Source: Pseudomonadota bacterium (lineage in GTDB: Bacteria > Pseudomonadota > Gammaproteobacteria > JAKAQQ01). Taken from it: 64,000 nucleotides of DNA. This document shows positions 8,934 to 18,295 of the stretch, piece after piece (positions within the stretch are counted from its first letter, which is position 1; every line of letters begins with the position of its first letter). Where the stretch lies: NCBI GenBank assembly GCA_021828045.1, contig JAKATI010000001.1:6209-70208 (forward strand), given 5' to 3'. The translations under genes and the position numbers were made by a program. The notes beneath the pieces are model-generated. The model saw nothing but the letters and a program-made list of their open reading frames with translations. It did no database searches and was not told where the DNA came from.

Positions 8934-11411
8934 ATGACCGACAATCGATACGATCCCGAGACCATCGAGGCCTGGGCGCAGTCGCGCTGGCAGAAAGAAC
9001 GCGTTTTCGAGGTTGACGAACACGATCCCCGTCCCCCCTACTACGTGCTCTCCATGTTTCCCTATCCCAGCGGACGGTTGCACATGGGGCATGTCCGCAA
9101 CTACACGATCGGCGATGTCATGGCCCGCTATCGCCGCATGAAGGGTTTTGCCGTCCTGCAACCGATGGGCTTCGATGCCTTCGGGCTTCCGGCGGAAAAT
9201 GCGGCGATCCAGAACCAGACCTCGCCGGCCCGCTGGACCGAAAGCAACGTGGCCACCATGAAGGGCCAGCTCAACCGCCTGGGTTTCGGCTATGACTGGC
9301 GGCGTGAAATCGTGACCTGCCGGCCCGCGTACTACCGGTGGGAACAGTGGCTCTTTACCGAGTTGTACCGGCGGGGACTGGCCTACCGCGAGAAAGCCTG
9401 GGTCAACTGGGATCCCGTGGACCAGACGGTGCTGGCCAATGAGCAGGTCATCGACGGTCGCGGCTGGCGTTCCGGGGCTCCGGTGGTCCGACGTGAAGTG
9501 GCACAGTGGTTCATCCGGATCACGGCGTACGCCGAGGAACTGCTCGAGGGACTGGAGAGGCTGACCGGCTGGCCGGAGGAAGTGCGCCGGATGCAGCGCA
9601 ACTGGATCGGCCGCTCGAGTGGACTCGAGATCGATTTCGAGAGAATGGATGGGAAGGGCGCGATCCGTGTCTTCACGACACGGGCGGACACGATTTTCGG
9701 GGTGACCTATCTGGCTCTTGCGCCGGAGCATCCGGTGGTCCTGGAGGCGGCCCGGACCGATTCCGCCCTGGACGGATTCGTGAAAAACATGCGCCAGCGG
9801 GAAATGCGGGAGGCGGCCATCGAGACCGCCGACCGGCAAGGGGTGCCTTTGGCACTCCGGGTCCGGCATCCTTTGACCGGAGAGGCTCTTCCGGTCTGGG
9901 CCGCGAGTTTCGTCCTGGAAGGCTATGGTACCGGTGCCATCATGGCAGTTCCTGCACATGATGCGCGTGATCATGAGTTTGCCCGCCGATACGGCTTGCC
10001 GATCCGGCCCGTCATCCATCTGCCGGGAGAAGGGGGGGCAGATCCCCAAGCGCAAGCCCTGACTGCGGAAGGTGTGGTTTTTGACTCTCCCGGACTCGAC
10101 GGACTGGACAGCGCAGAAGCCAGGGATCGGGTCCGGGAATGGTTGGGTGCCCGGGGAGCTGCCCAGCCTGCTGTCCGCTACCGGCTCCGGGACTGGGGGG
10201 TCTCGCGCCAGCGCTACTGGGGATGTCCGATCCCCATGGTGCACTGTCCGGATTGCGGAACGGTGCCGGTTCCGGCCGAAGACCTGCCCGTGCGATTGCC
10301 CGAAGACGTGGCATTTTCCGGCGTGAGCTCACCGCTCCTTCAGGATGAGCGGTTTGTGGCCACGACCTGCCCGAATTGCCACCGGCCGGCACGACGGGAG
10401 ACCGACACCTTCGATACCTTCATGGAATCCTCCTGGTACTACGCCCGTTATGCCGCCTACGACTGCCCGGACGCCATCCTGGATGAACGGGTCCATCACT
10501 GGTTGCCGGTCGACCAGTACGTGGGAGGCATCGAGCACGCGGTTCTCCACCTGCTCTATGCCCGCTTCTTCCACAAGCTGCTCAGGGACCTGGGCTGGGT
10601 TCGGGGCGACGAGCCTTTCACCCGCCTGCTGAGCCAGGGGATGGTTCTCAAGGACGGGGCCAAGATGTCGAAGTCAAAAGGCAACGTGGTGGATCCCGAG
10701 GCCATCATTGCCCGGCATGGCGCGGACACGGCCCGCTTCTTCATGATGTTTGCCGCCCCACCGGATCAGTCACTCGAATGGTCGGAACAGGGTGTGGAGG
10801 GGGCCGAGCGTTACCTGAAACGGCTCTGGCGTCTGGTGGACGATTCCGCCTCGAGCCGGACCGAGGGGACGGTGGATCCGGCGGCTCTCTCGGCCGAAGG
10901 ACGCCAGCTGTGGATCCGGCTTCACGAAACAATCCGTGGTGTGAGCCACGATTACGGGGTCCGGGGAACCTTCAACACGGCCATGGCCAAGCTCATGGAA
11001 CTCACCAATTCGGCAAGCCGTTTCGAGCCATCGGCTCCCATGGACCGTGTGCTCCTGGATCAGGTGGTCCGGACGCTTCTGGTTCTGCTGCATCCCGTTT
11101 CGCCACATATCACGGAGGCGCTCTGGAGCCGGTTGGGTGGCACGGGTCTTCTCGCGCTTCACCCCTGGCCGGAAGCGGACCCTTGTGCGCTGGAGCGCGA
11201 GCAATGGGAGATCGTGGTCCAGGTGAACGGGAAGAGGCGGGGGATCCTGTCCGTGGGCCGGGACGAAACCGAATCCGAGATCCGTTCGCGGATCCTGACG
11301 GATGCCAAGCTCGCCCGCCATATCCCCAGCGAGGCCGTGGAACGCTGGGTCATGGTTCCCGGGAGACTCGTCAACGTGGTCCTGCGCAAGGAGGAATCGC
11401 TACCGCCGTGA
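8934..11411 (+). CDS. leuS: Leucyl-tRNA synthetase
   Basis: It has the HMGH motif (PYPSGRLHMGHVRNY) and KMSKS (KMSKSKGN). The start is at MTDNRYDPE. Confidence 0.95.
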   Translation: MTDNRYDPETIEAWAQSRWQKERVFEVDEHDPRPPYYVLSMFPYPSGRLHMGHVRNYTIGDVMARYRRMKGFAVLQPMGFDAFGLPAENAAIQNQTSPARWTESNVATMKGQLNRLGFGYDWRREIVTCRPAYYRWEQWLFTELYRRGLAYREKAWVNWDPVDQTVLANEQVIDGRGWRSGAPVVRREVAQWFIRITAYAEELLEGLERLTGWPEEVRRMQRNWIGRSSGLEIDFERMDGKGAIRVFTTRADTIFGVTYLALAPEHPVVLEAARTDSALDGFVKNMRQREMREAAIETADRQGVPLALRVRHPLTGEALPVWAASFVLEGYGTGAIMAVPAHDARDHEFARRYGLPIRPVIHLPGEGGADPQAQALTAEGVVFDSPGLDGLDSAEARDRVREWLGARGAAQPAVRYRLRDWGVSRQRYWGCPIPMVHCPDCGTVPVPAEDLPVRLPEDVAFSGVSSPLLQDERFVATTCPNCHRPARRETDTFDTFMESSWYYARYAAYDCPDAILDERVHHWLPVDQYVGGIEHAVLHLLYARFFHKLLRDLGWVRGDEPFTRLLSQGMVLKDGAKMSKSKGNVVDPEAIIARHGADTARFFMMFAAPPDQSLEWSEQGVEGAERYLKRLWRLVDDSASSRTEGTVDPAALSAEGRQLWIRLHETIRGVSHDYGVRGTFNTAMAKLMELTNSASRFEPSAPMDRVLLDQVVRTLLVLLHPVSPHITEALWSRLGGTGLLALHPWPEADPCALEREQWEIVVQVNGKRRGILSVGRDETESEIRSRILTDAKLARHIPSEAVERWVMVPGRLVNVVLRKEESLPP

Positions 11412-11980
11412 ACGGATGGACACGCCCGTGGGGAGGCGAGTGGCGGCGCAGCTTCCGGGGAGGCCTGGCGATCGCCATTGCGCTCGGGCTCTCGGGCTGC
11501 GGCTTTGCCTTGGGGACGCGCTATCACCTGCCCCGAAGCCTGGCGCCGCTCGCGCTCGTGGCGCCGGACCCCAATGGGTACCTGGCGCTTGTCCTCCGGG
11601 AACGGCTCGAACGTTCCGGATTCGCCGTGGTGTCTGTCCGCAAGCCGCACGCGTCGACACTCACCATCCAGAGGGCCTTCATCCGTTCGCGCATCCTCGC
11701 GGTCAATGGCCAGGGAGAACCGGCCGAGTACCTCATGAGCTACCACGTCCGCTTCACCCTGCTCAAAGGACAAAGAACCGTCCTGCGTCCGACCACCTTG
11801 CGGATCCGGCGAACCTATTTCTACCTTCCCCTGGCCACGCTTGCCATGACCTCCCAAGCCTATAATCTCACCCGGTCACTCGAATCAAAGGCGGCCCGCC
11901 TGATCCTGCTGCGTCTTTCCGCCCCCCGCCTCCGCCTGGCGCCCACCGCCCACCACCCGTTGCCGACCCCGCATCCGTGA
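11408..11980 (+). CDS. lptE: LPS-assembly lipoprotein LptE (RlpB)
   Basis: It has a lipobox LSGC after a basic N-terminus. The GTG start overlaps the leuS stop (GTGA), with AAGGAGG 13 nt upstream. The position after leuS is conserved. The N-terminal 210 codons of ORF 10778..11980 are leuS antisense and out of frame, and not part of this gene. Confidence 0.7.
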   Translation: MNGWTRPWGGEWRRSFRGGLAIAIALGLSGCGFALGTRYHLPRSLAPLALVAPDPNGYLALVLRERLERSGFAVVSVRKPHASTLTIQRAFIRSRILAVNGQGEPAEYLMSYHVRFTLLKGQRTVLRPTTLRIRRTYFYLPLATLAMTSQAYNLTRSLESKAARLILLRLSAPRLRLAPTAHHPLPTPHP

Positions 11981-12957
11981 AACACGTACCCCGGCAGCTC
12001 GAGGAGTTCGACCGCTTCGGGGAAAGTCCGTTCTGGCTCATCGCTGGAAGTGATCCGGTCCTGGTCGGGGAGATGTGGGACTGGATCCGGAGACGGATGG
12101 GGCGGATGGGATCCTACGAGCGCCGGGTTTTCCGGCCCGAACGCACGCTGGATCCGGGATTTCTCGACGATTACCGGACCGGCTCGCTGTTTTCGGAACG
12201 ACGGCTTTTCGAGCTTCATCTTTCGGCTCCGACCCTGCAGGGGGCCGGCGTCTCTGCGCTCGGTGACCTTTTGGAACAGCCCGCCGCCCCATCCACCTGG
12301 CTCGCCATCCACCTGCCCAGCCTGGATCGGGGGGTCCGGCAGAGTGCGCTCTACAGCCGCTTCGTCTCCCGTGCCCAGGTGGTGGAATGCTGGCCGCCGG
12401 ATCCGGTCCGCTGGAATGCGGAAGTGGAACGGCGTGCCCGCGAGCACAAGGTGGCGTTCGGTCCCGGCGGCGGTGAACTCCTTGCGGCACTGACCGAGGG
12501 AAACCTCCTGGGACTCGAGGCGGCGCTCCAGGTCCTCGAGCTCGACGAGCCGGATCACCCCGTGACGGAATCCGAGGTGGCCGGGGTGCTCGGTGCCTCC
12601 GCGCAGTATGGACCGTTTGACCTGGCCGAGGCCGCCTTGAGTGAGAATCCCGGACGGGTCTTCGAGATTTTCCGGACCCTGGCGGAGACGACCGGGGAGT
12701 GGCCACTGGTTCTCGGGACCCTGGTTCACGAGATCCATGCCGTGCTTGGTGCCGGAGGATCACAGGCCCCGCCCCGCAAGCAAAGCTTGTACGAAAAGGC
12801 GCGGCGGCGCGGCCGTCCGTTCTGGTACCGTCGGCTGGAGGAGGCGGCCCGGGCAGACCTCGTGGTCAAGGGCCGAAAGCCCGGCCGGGCCGGAGAGACC
12901 CTCCTGAGGCTCGTCCTGCACATGAGCGGTGTTCCCGGGATCGGAGAGCGGGCATGA
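11977..12957 (+). CDS. holA: DNA polymerase III delta subunit HolA
   Basis: It is 326 aa in the conserved position lptE-holA-nadD. The GTG start overlaps the lptE stop. Confidence 0.8.
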   Translation: MKHVPRQLEEFDRFGESPFWLIAGSDPVLVGEMWDWIRRRMGRMGSYERRVFRPERTLDPGFLDDYRTGSLFSERRLFELHLSAPTLQGAGVSALGDLLEQPAAPSTWLAIHLPSLDRGVRQSALYSRFVSRAQVVECWPPDPVRWNAEVERRAREHKVAFGPGGGELLAALTEGNLLGLEAALQVLELDEPDHPVTESEVAGVLGASAQYGPFDLAEAALSENPGRVFEIFRTLAETTGEWPLVLGTLVHEIHAVLGAGGSQAPPRKQSLYEKARRRGRPFWYRRLEEAARADLVVKGRKPGRAGETLLRLVLHMSGVPGIGERA

Positions 12958-13592
12958 GGCACGTGGGGCTTTTCGGTGGCTCTTTCGATCCTGTCCATGT
13001 GGGCCATCTGCGTGCAGCGATCGAGGTGATGGAGCATCTTGGACTGGATGAGCTGCGTTTCATTCCCTGTGCGCACTCACCGGGGAAACCTCCCCCGCGA
13101 GCCTCCGGCCGCCTCCGGCGGGACTGGCTGGAGCTCGCGATGGGGGACCGGCCGGGATGGATTCTGGATGATCGCGAGTTGCGACGGGAGGGCGTGAGCC
13201 ATACGGTCGAGACGCTCCTCGGGATCCGGGAGGAGGAGCCGGAGAGCCGGCTGTACTGGATCGTGGGCTCGGATGCCTTCTCGAACCTGCACCAGTGGCG
13301 GGAGGCCGACCGTCTGGGCCGTCTTGCGCATTGGATTGTTCTCCTCCGCCCCGGTTTCCCCCCCGTACTCCCCGAGGAAGCCCCCGGCTGGTGCCGGACG
13401 GGGAGGACGGAGGATCCCGCGAGACTGAGACAGGATCCGGCCGGGGATGTCCTCTACCTTCGGGTGACCGCACTCGGCATTTCGGCCACGGCGATCCGGG
13501 ACCGGATCCGCCGGGGGCTCGCTCTCGATTATCTCGTCCCGGACTCTCTTCAGGATGCCCTCGCACGGGCGGCCTGCTATGATCCACCCTGA
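12954..13592 (+). CDS. nadD: Nicotinate-nucleotide adenylyltransferase NadD
   Basis: It has the GGSFDPVHVGH (H/T-x-G-H) nucleotidyltransferase motif. The ATG overlaps the holA stop (ATGA). Confidence 0.9.
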   Translation: MRHVGLFGGSFDPVHVGHLRAAIEVMEHLGLDELRFIPCAHSPGKPPPRASGRLRRDWLELAMGDRPGWILDDRELRREGVSHTVETLLGIREEEPESRLYWIVGSDAFSNLHQWREADRLGRLAHWIVLLRPGFPPVLPEEAPGWCRTGRTEDPARLRQDPAGDVLYLRVTALGISATAIRDRIRRGLALDYLVPDSLQDALARAACYDPP

Positions 13593-13953
13593 GAAAGCCA
13601 TCAGCACGGCGCAATGGCTTGAGCAGCTCGAAACGCTGATCCGGGACCACCGTGGTCACGAGATCGTCCGGCTGGATGTCCGGGGACTCACGACCCTGGC
13701 GGACCATTTCCTGATTGCCAGCGGGACTTCGGATCGCCAGTTGCGAACCCTGGCGGAGCGGATCCGGGATGCGGCCCGGGAGGCCGGTCGACCAGTGATC
13801 GGCAGCGAGGGAGAACGGACCGGCGGCTGGATCCTGGTCGATCTCGATGACGTGATTGTCCATCTCATGCTGCCCGATCTCCGACGGTTTTACCAGCTCG
13901 AAAAACTCTGGGGCTGGTCCGAGCCGGTCGAGGGTCTTCAACCGGACGGGTGA
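13579..13953 (+). CDS. rsfS: Ribosomal silencing factor RsfS (iojap-like)
   Basis: It is about 125 aa and shows iojap-family similarity (DHFLIASGTSDRQLRTLAERI). It follows nadD as in many proteobacteria. Confidence 0.85.
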   Translation: MIHPEKAISTAQWLEQLETLIRDHRGHEIVRLDVRGLTTLADHFLIASGTSDRQLRTLAERIRDAAREAGRPVIGSEGERTGGWILVDLDDVIVHLMLPDLRRFYQLEKLWGWSEPVEGLQPDG

Positions 13954-14084
13954 GACGGTTCCTCCTCCCTTGGGGCTGGCTTTTCGGCTTGGGAGAGCCT
14001 GCTCAGTGTGCGACAATCCCTCCTGTCACGTGACTGGAATGTGGGCCCGGAACCCCGGGTTCGCCCAACTCTGAGCGAGAGCTG

Positions 14085-17000
14085 ATGGATTCGAAGCCTG
14101 CCATGCGACCCCGACGCCTCTGGATCCGTGTCCCGGCGGGGCTCGTGGCGGTTGCGGTGATCGGCGCGGCCACTGGCGTGGGCCTGTTTCGTCTCGCGGC
14201 ACTCACCGTTCCGGCCTACCGCCGGGAGGTCGAAAGCTGGGCTTCCCGGGTCATCGGCGTGCCGCTCGCCATCCATGCCATGGAAGCTCGCTGGAGCGGA
14301 CTCGGTCCCGAACTGGTCCTGGATTCCGTGGTGCTCCGGGTTCCTCACCGGGGTGCTCCCCTGGCGCGTGTCCGCCAGATCGTGATTCATCTGTCGATCC
14401 CGGTCATGGTGGAGAACGGAAGATGGCTGCCAAGTGGCGTGACTCTTCGCGGATTCCATTTGACCCTTCGGAGGAGCGCGGCCGGACCGTGGATCCTGCC
14501 CTGGGCGGGCGTGCCGGGATCCCGACTGCCTTCGCTGGCCGGCCTCGTCGCGTTCATTGCCCGGGATGCCCGCCTGGAGTTCCGTGACACCGTGATCCGG
14601 CTGGTATCCACCGGGAAAAATCCTCCCACCCTGGTTCGGGTTTCCCGCTTCCGGATCTCGGTGCGGGATGACCGCTACCGGGTGAGGCTCAAGGCACGGG
14701 TGTCTCCCCATGGTGTCCGGATGCTTGATTTCGCAGCCCATGGCCGAGGTCCGCGAACGGATCCCGGCCTCTGGCACTGGCATGTCCGGGGCCAGCTTTT
14801 GGACCTTGACCCGGAGTTCCTGCCCCCGCTCGGAGTGACCCTGCCGGTCCGTGGGCTCGCAAGGAGCCGGGTCTCGCTCCTCTTCGAGGGTTCCGGGGTG
14901 GGGCGCCATCCTGCCCGTCTCCGGGGATCCCTCGAGGTGACCGGGCTCGGCCCGGAAGGTCGTGCGAACGCGCTTGGGGCAGGGCCCGCCCGGATTCGGA
15001 CGGGATTCACGGTCGACTGGGCTCGCGGGCAAGCCGTTCTTTCCCCCTTGGTCGTCGTCCGTCCGGGTCATCCGCTTCGTCATGAGGATCTCGAGATCGG
15101 CTGGACGATGACGCATCCTGGAGAGGCCACCTATCGGCTCCGGGCCGGCCGGTTTTTCCTGGGGACGCTTGATCCCTTCCTGCCGCTGATCCGGCAGTTC
15201 CCGGCGACCCGCGCGGTGGCTGTCCTTCTCGGCCATGTGAAACCCCAAGGCCAAATCGACGGTCTGGTCTCCCGGATCGCGGTTACAAAAGGCGGTTGGG
15301 GTGTGCGTTCGGCCTCGGCACGTTTCACGGAAGTGGGCAGCTCGGCTTGGGGGCGCTGGCCTGGACTGTCGGGTCTTTCCGGACGTTTCGACTGGTTGGG
15401 CGGTCAGGGGTCCGTGATCTTCACGCCTTCGATTCTTCAGGTCCGGGATCCCCGCCTATTCAGGCGGACGATCAGACTCACGTGGGGGGGCTCCGTTCTC
15501 GCCTACCAGAGACATGCCGGCATCCGCTTGAGTCTCACCCCCACCTGGATCCGTGCCCACGCCTTTTCGATCCGGGTACAGAAGGCAGTCCTCAAGATCC
15601 CGGGCAGTGGGAGCCCGATCCTCGACCTGGATGCTCATCTCCACGAAGGTGAACTCCCGCTCATGGCAGAGGATATCCCCTACGGGATCCTGCATCCGGG
15701 ACTGGACCGATGGCTTGCCAGGGCATTCGTCGCCGGAGATGTTCCCAAGGCCCATCTCGTTCTCGACGGGCCGCTCGCGGACTTTCCATTCACGCATGGT
15801 GATGGGCGCTTTGGGGTGGGGTTTTCGCTTGAGCAGGCCGAGATCCACATTGCCCCAGGCTGGCCGGATCTTCGGGTGGACCGGGCCCGGGGAGCGTTTG
15901 CCGGCGCCGGATTTTCTGTCGCAATTGCGGCAGGGTCGGAGGCGGCTTTTCCGCTGGCCGGATCCCGTCTTGTGATCCCCCGACTCAAGCGGGGGGTGCT
16001 CCATATCCAAAGCACCTTTGCGGGCCGGGCCTCGACCCTCGTGAGCTATCTCGACTCTTCCCCCTTGTCGCGGCATTGGAACGGACTCTTTCCCCATCTT
16101 GAACTCGAAGGTCCGCTTTGGGCTTCCGTCCGGATCCGGCTCCCGGTCCATGCCCTGGATCATCCGACGATCCGGGGAGTGGTCCGTTTTGACCGGGACC
16201 GTTTTCGTTGGCGGCCGTGGTCACTCGTTTTCCACCATCTCAAAGGAAACGTCCGCTTCGACAATCTGGCCCTGGCCAGCCAGGCCGTGACGGCCCGTCT
16301 GGATGGCCATCGGCTCACCTTCAATGCGTGGACGGGGCGGGGAGAGACCCACCTCCAGATGGTGGGGGCGCTGGACGGGGCACGGCTGGGTTTGCCTGAT
16401 CCGCTGTCTCATCTCGTCCAGGGAGCCTCCGACTGGCAAGCCGAGATATCCTATCGGCCGAAGCACCTCACCGGCTTGCTGCGGCTCCAGGCATCGAGCC
16501 ATCTGGTCGGTACCCATCTTCTCCTGCCGGCTCCACTGGCGAAAGGGGCAGACCAGCCGGTGACACTGGATTTTGAGGGTCGCCTTCTCCAGGGAGATTC
16601 GCGTTTCCGTGCGCAGGCTCACTGGGGTTCGATCGCCTGGATCGGAACCCGGGGACGCTTCGTCAACAGGCGGCCGGTTTTGAGCGCGGGCCGGATCGAT
16701 TTGGGAGGGGGGGCCGGTCCTCTTCCGACGGCCGGAATCCTCGTCACGGGCCGCCTTGGGCGGATCGATCTCGCCGGATGGTGGCGACTGGACCGGGAGG
16801 TCAAGCATTCCGGGTCCGGATTCCCGCCTTTCCAGGTCCAGAACCTGGAGCTCGCCCACCTGACTGGCTGGGGACAGGATCTGGGTCCGCTGAGAGTCTC
16901 GGTCGAGGCGGCACAACGGACCGGCCTCCGCTTTCAAGTGGAGGGACCGACTCTCGCGGGTACCGGTTTCATTCCCCCTCCGGGCAGTCCCGATCCCATC

Positions 17001-17927
17001 CAGGTGGACTTCAGCCGCTTCGAGATCGCCCCGCTGGTTCACCTTGCCGGATCCGGCACCCGATCGCTCGGGCCGGGCGATCTGTCCAACCTCGTCTGGT
17101 CCAGCACAGAAACCCGCTACGGACGGGTCTCGCTCGGCCAGGTCGCCTTTTCCTGGATCCATTCCGCCCCGGACACCCTCCAATTTTCGCATCTCGCACT
17201 CACTTCCCCCGACCTGGAAATCACGGGTGGGGGTCAATGGACCCGGAATCCGTCGGGTTCGCGGGTCGAACTCCATGCAAAGATCGCGAGTCCCAAGGTC
17301 GGATCCGCATTCCACCAGCTTGGCATCAAGCGGATCCTGACCGGAGAGCATGCCCGTTTTGTTCTGGACCTGGGTTGGCGGGGACTTCCCTGGCACCCGG
17401 ATCGCGCATCGCTTGCGGGCCGCATCCAGTTTTCGGTCCGGGATGGCCGCGTCCTCGCAATCAAACCGGGGGGAGCGGGACGATTCATCGCACTCCTCAG
17501 CCTGAATGCGCTTCCGCGCCGGCTGGGCCTCGATTTCAGTGATGTCTTTTCCCGTGGGCTCAGTTACGATCGCCTGAAGGGAAGCTTCACCATCCGGCAC
17601 GGGATGGCGGTGACCCGGGACGCCACGCTTTTCGGTTCCTCGATCGCCATCTGGCTGGCCGGCGAAACCAACCTTGTCAAACGGAGTTATGATCAGGTGG
17701 CCTTGGTCATCCCCCATGTGGGGTCCACGCTGCCGATTGCGGGAGCCATCTTCGGCGGCCCGATCGGAGGGGGGATTCTTCTTGCGCTGTCCCGGATTTT
17801 CCGGCGTGTGATCGAAAGCATGAGTGAAACCTACTATCACATCACGGGCCCTTGGCAAAACCCGCGCATCCACCGGATCAGTGCCACCCGGGCCCATGTG
17901 CTCGGTTTTGTGAAAAAACCCGGGTAA
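14085..17927 (+). CDS. yhdP: YhdP/AsmA-like family large inner-membrane-anchored protein (1280 aa)
   Basis: It has an N-terminal TM anchor, a long predicted beta-rich body and a conserved C-terminal AsmA-like region (PIAGAIFGGPIGGGILLALSRIFRRVIESMSETYYHITGPWQNP). Confidence 0.8.
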   Translation: MDSKPAMRPRRLWIRVPAGLVAVAVIGAATGVGLFRLAALTVPAYRREVESWASRVIGVPLAIHAMEARWSGLGPELVLDSVVLRVPHRGAPLARVRQIVIHLSIPVMVENGRWLPSGVTLRGFHLTLRRSAAGPWILPWAGVPGSRLPSLAGLVAFIARDARLEFRDTVIRLVSTGKNPPTLVRVSRFRISVRDDRYRVRLKARVSPHGVRMLDFAAHGRGPRTDPGLWHWHVRGQLLDLDPEFLPPLGVTLPVRGLARSRVSLLFEGSGVGRHPARLRGSLEVTGLGPEGRANALGAGPARIRTGFTVDWARGQAVLSPLVVVRPGHPLRHEDLEIGWTMTHPGEATYRLRAGRFFLGTLDPFLPLIRQFPATRAVAVLLGHVKPQGQIDGLVSRIAVTKGGWGVRSASARFTEVGSSAWGRWPGLSGLSGRFDWLGGQGSVIFTPSILQVRDPRLFRRTIRLTWGGSVLAYQRHAGIRLSLTPTWIRAHAFSIRVQKAVLKIPGSGSPILDLDAHLHEGELPLMAEDIPYGILHPGLDRWLARAFVAGDVPKAHLVLDGPLADFPFTHGDGRFGVGFSLEQAEIHIAPGWPDLRVDRARGAFAGAGFSVAIAAGSEAAFPLAGSRLVIPRLKRGVLHIQSTFAGRASTLVSYLDSSPLSRHWNGLFPHLELEGPLWASVRIRLPVHALDHPTIRGVVRFDRDRFRWRPWSLVFHHLKGNVRFDNLALASQAVTARLDGHRLTFNAWTGRGETHLQMVGALDGARLGLPDPLSHLVQGASDWQAEISYRPKHLTGLLRLQASSHLVGTHLLLPAPLAKGADQPVTLDFEGRLLQGDSRFRAQAHWGSIAWIGTRGRFVNRRPVLSAGRIDLGGGAGPLPTAGILVTGRLGRIDLAGWWRLDREVKHSGSGFPPFQVQNLELAHLTGWGQDLGPLRVSVEAAQRTGLRFQVEGPTLAGTGFIPPPGSPDPIQVDFSRFEIAPLVHLAGSGTRSLGPGDLSNLVWSSTETRYGRVSLGQVAFSWIHSAPDTLQFSHLALTSPDLEITGGGQWTRNPSGSRVELHAKIASPKVGSAFHQLGIKRILTGEHARFVLDLGWRGLPWHPDRASLAGRIQFSVRDGRVLAIKPGGAGRFIALLSLNALPRRLGLDFSDVFSRGLSYDRLKGSFTIRHGMAVTRDATLFGSSIAIWLAGETNLVKRSYDQVALVIPHVGSTLPIAGAIFGGPIGGGILLALSRIFRRVIESMSETYYHITGPWQNPRIHRISATRAHVLGFVKKPG

Positions 17928-17935
17928 GAGGAATC

Positions 17936-18295
17936 ATGGCCATCCGGAAGCGGTTCTGTTTCGCGCTGATCCTGATTTTTTTGGGGGGGGTGCCACCGGT
18001 TTCCGCCCATGTCCGGGAACGTTTCTCCTTTCCCCGTTCCGAGTGGGTCGGCGTGCGTCGTGCCCGGCGCGTGATCCTGTGGCCTGCGGTCAGAAAAGCC
18101 GTCGCCGCCTGGATCGAGGCGCCGGGTGACCATCTGGTGCTGGCCTATCCGGTCGGCCCGGGAGGGCGTCTCTGGGCAGCCCAGCTGGCCGACTGGCTTG
18201 TGGCCTTGGGCATCCCCCGGACCCATCTCGTTCTCCGTCCGCGAGCCACCTTCCATCGCAACCGGCTCTGGATCGAACTCGAAGCGCCGCCGTGA
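17936..18295 (+). CDS. Small secreted hypothetical protein (signal peptide, about 119 aa)
   Basis: The ATG is preceded by AAGAGGA. The signal peptide is MAIRKRFCFALILIFLGGVPPVSA|HV. I recognise no family. The stop overlaps the start of the next gene (GTGA). Confidence 0.5.
   Translation: MAIRKRFCFALILIFLGGVPPVSAHVRERFSFPRSEWVGVRRARRVILWPAVRKAVAAWIEAPGDHLVLAYPVGPGGRLWAAQLADWLVALGIPRTHLVLRPRATFHRNRLWIELEAPP

Noticed and set aside
8739-10244. 501-aa minus-strand ORF (and similar long antisense ORFs, e.g. 16221..17897, 34651..36792, 43968..45467, 51041..52678, 4242..5420, 32565..33794)
   Set aside because: Each lies opposite a highly conserved, confidently identified gene (leuS, yhdP, hmgA/fah, sucD/nadE, argF'/argB, miaB/ybeZ, kynA). 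Their translations are low-complexity and Arg/Pro/Gly-rich, as expected for stop-poor antisense frames in ~65% GC DNA.
10778-11407. N-terminal 210 codons of ORF 10778..11980
   Set aside because: This portion overlaps the leuS coding region in another frame. Only the part from GTG 11408 (lipobox LSGC) corresponds to LptE.
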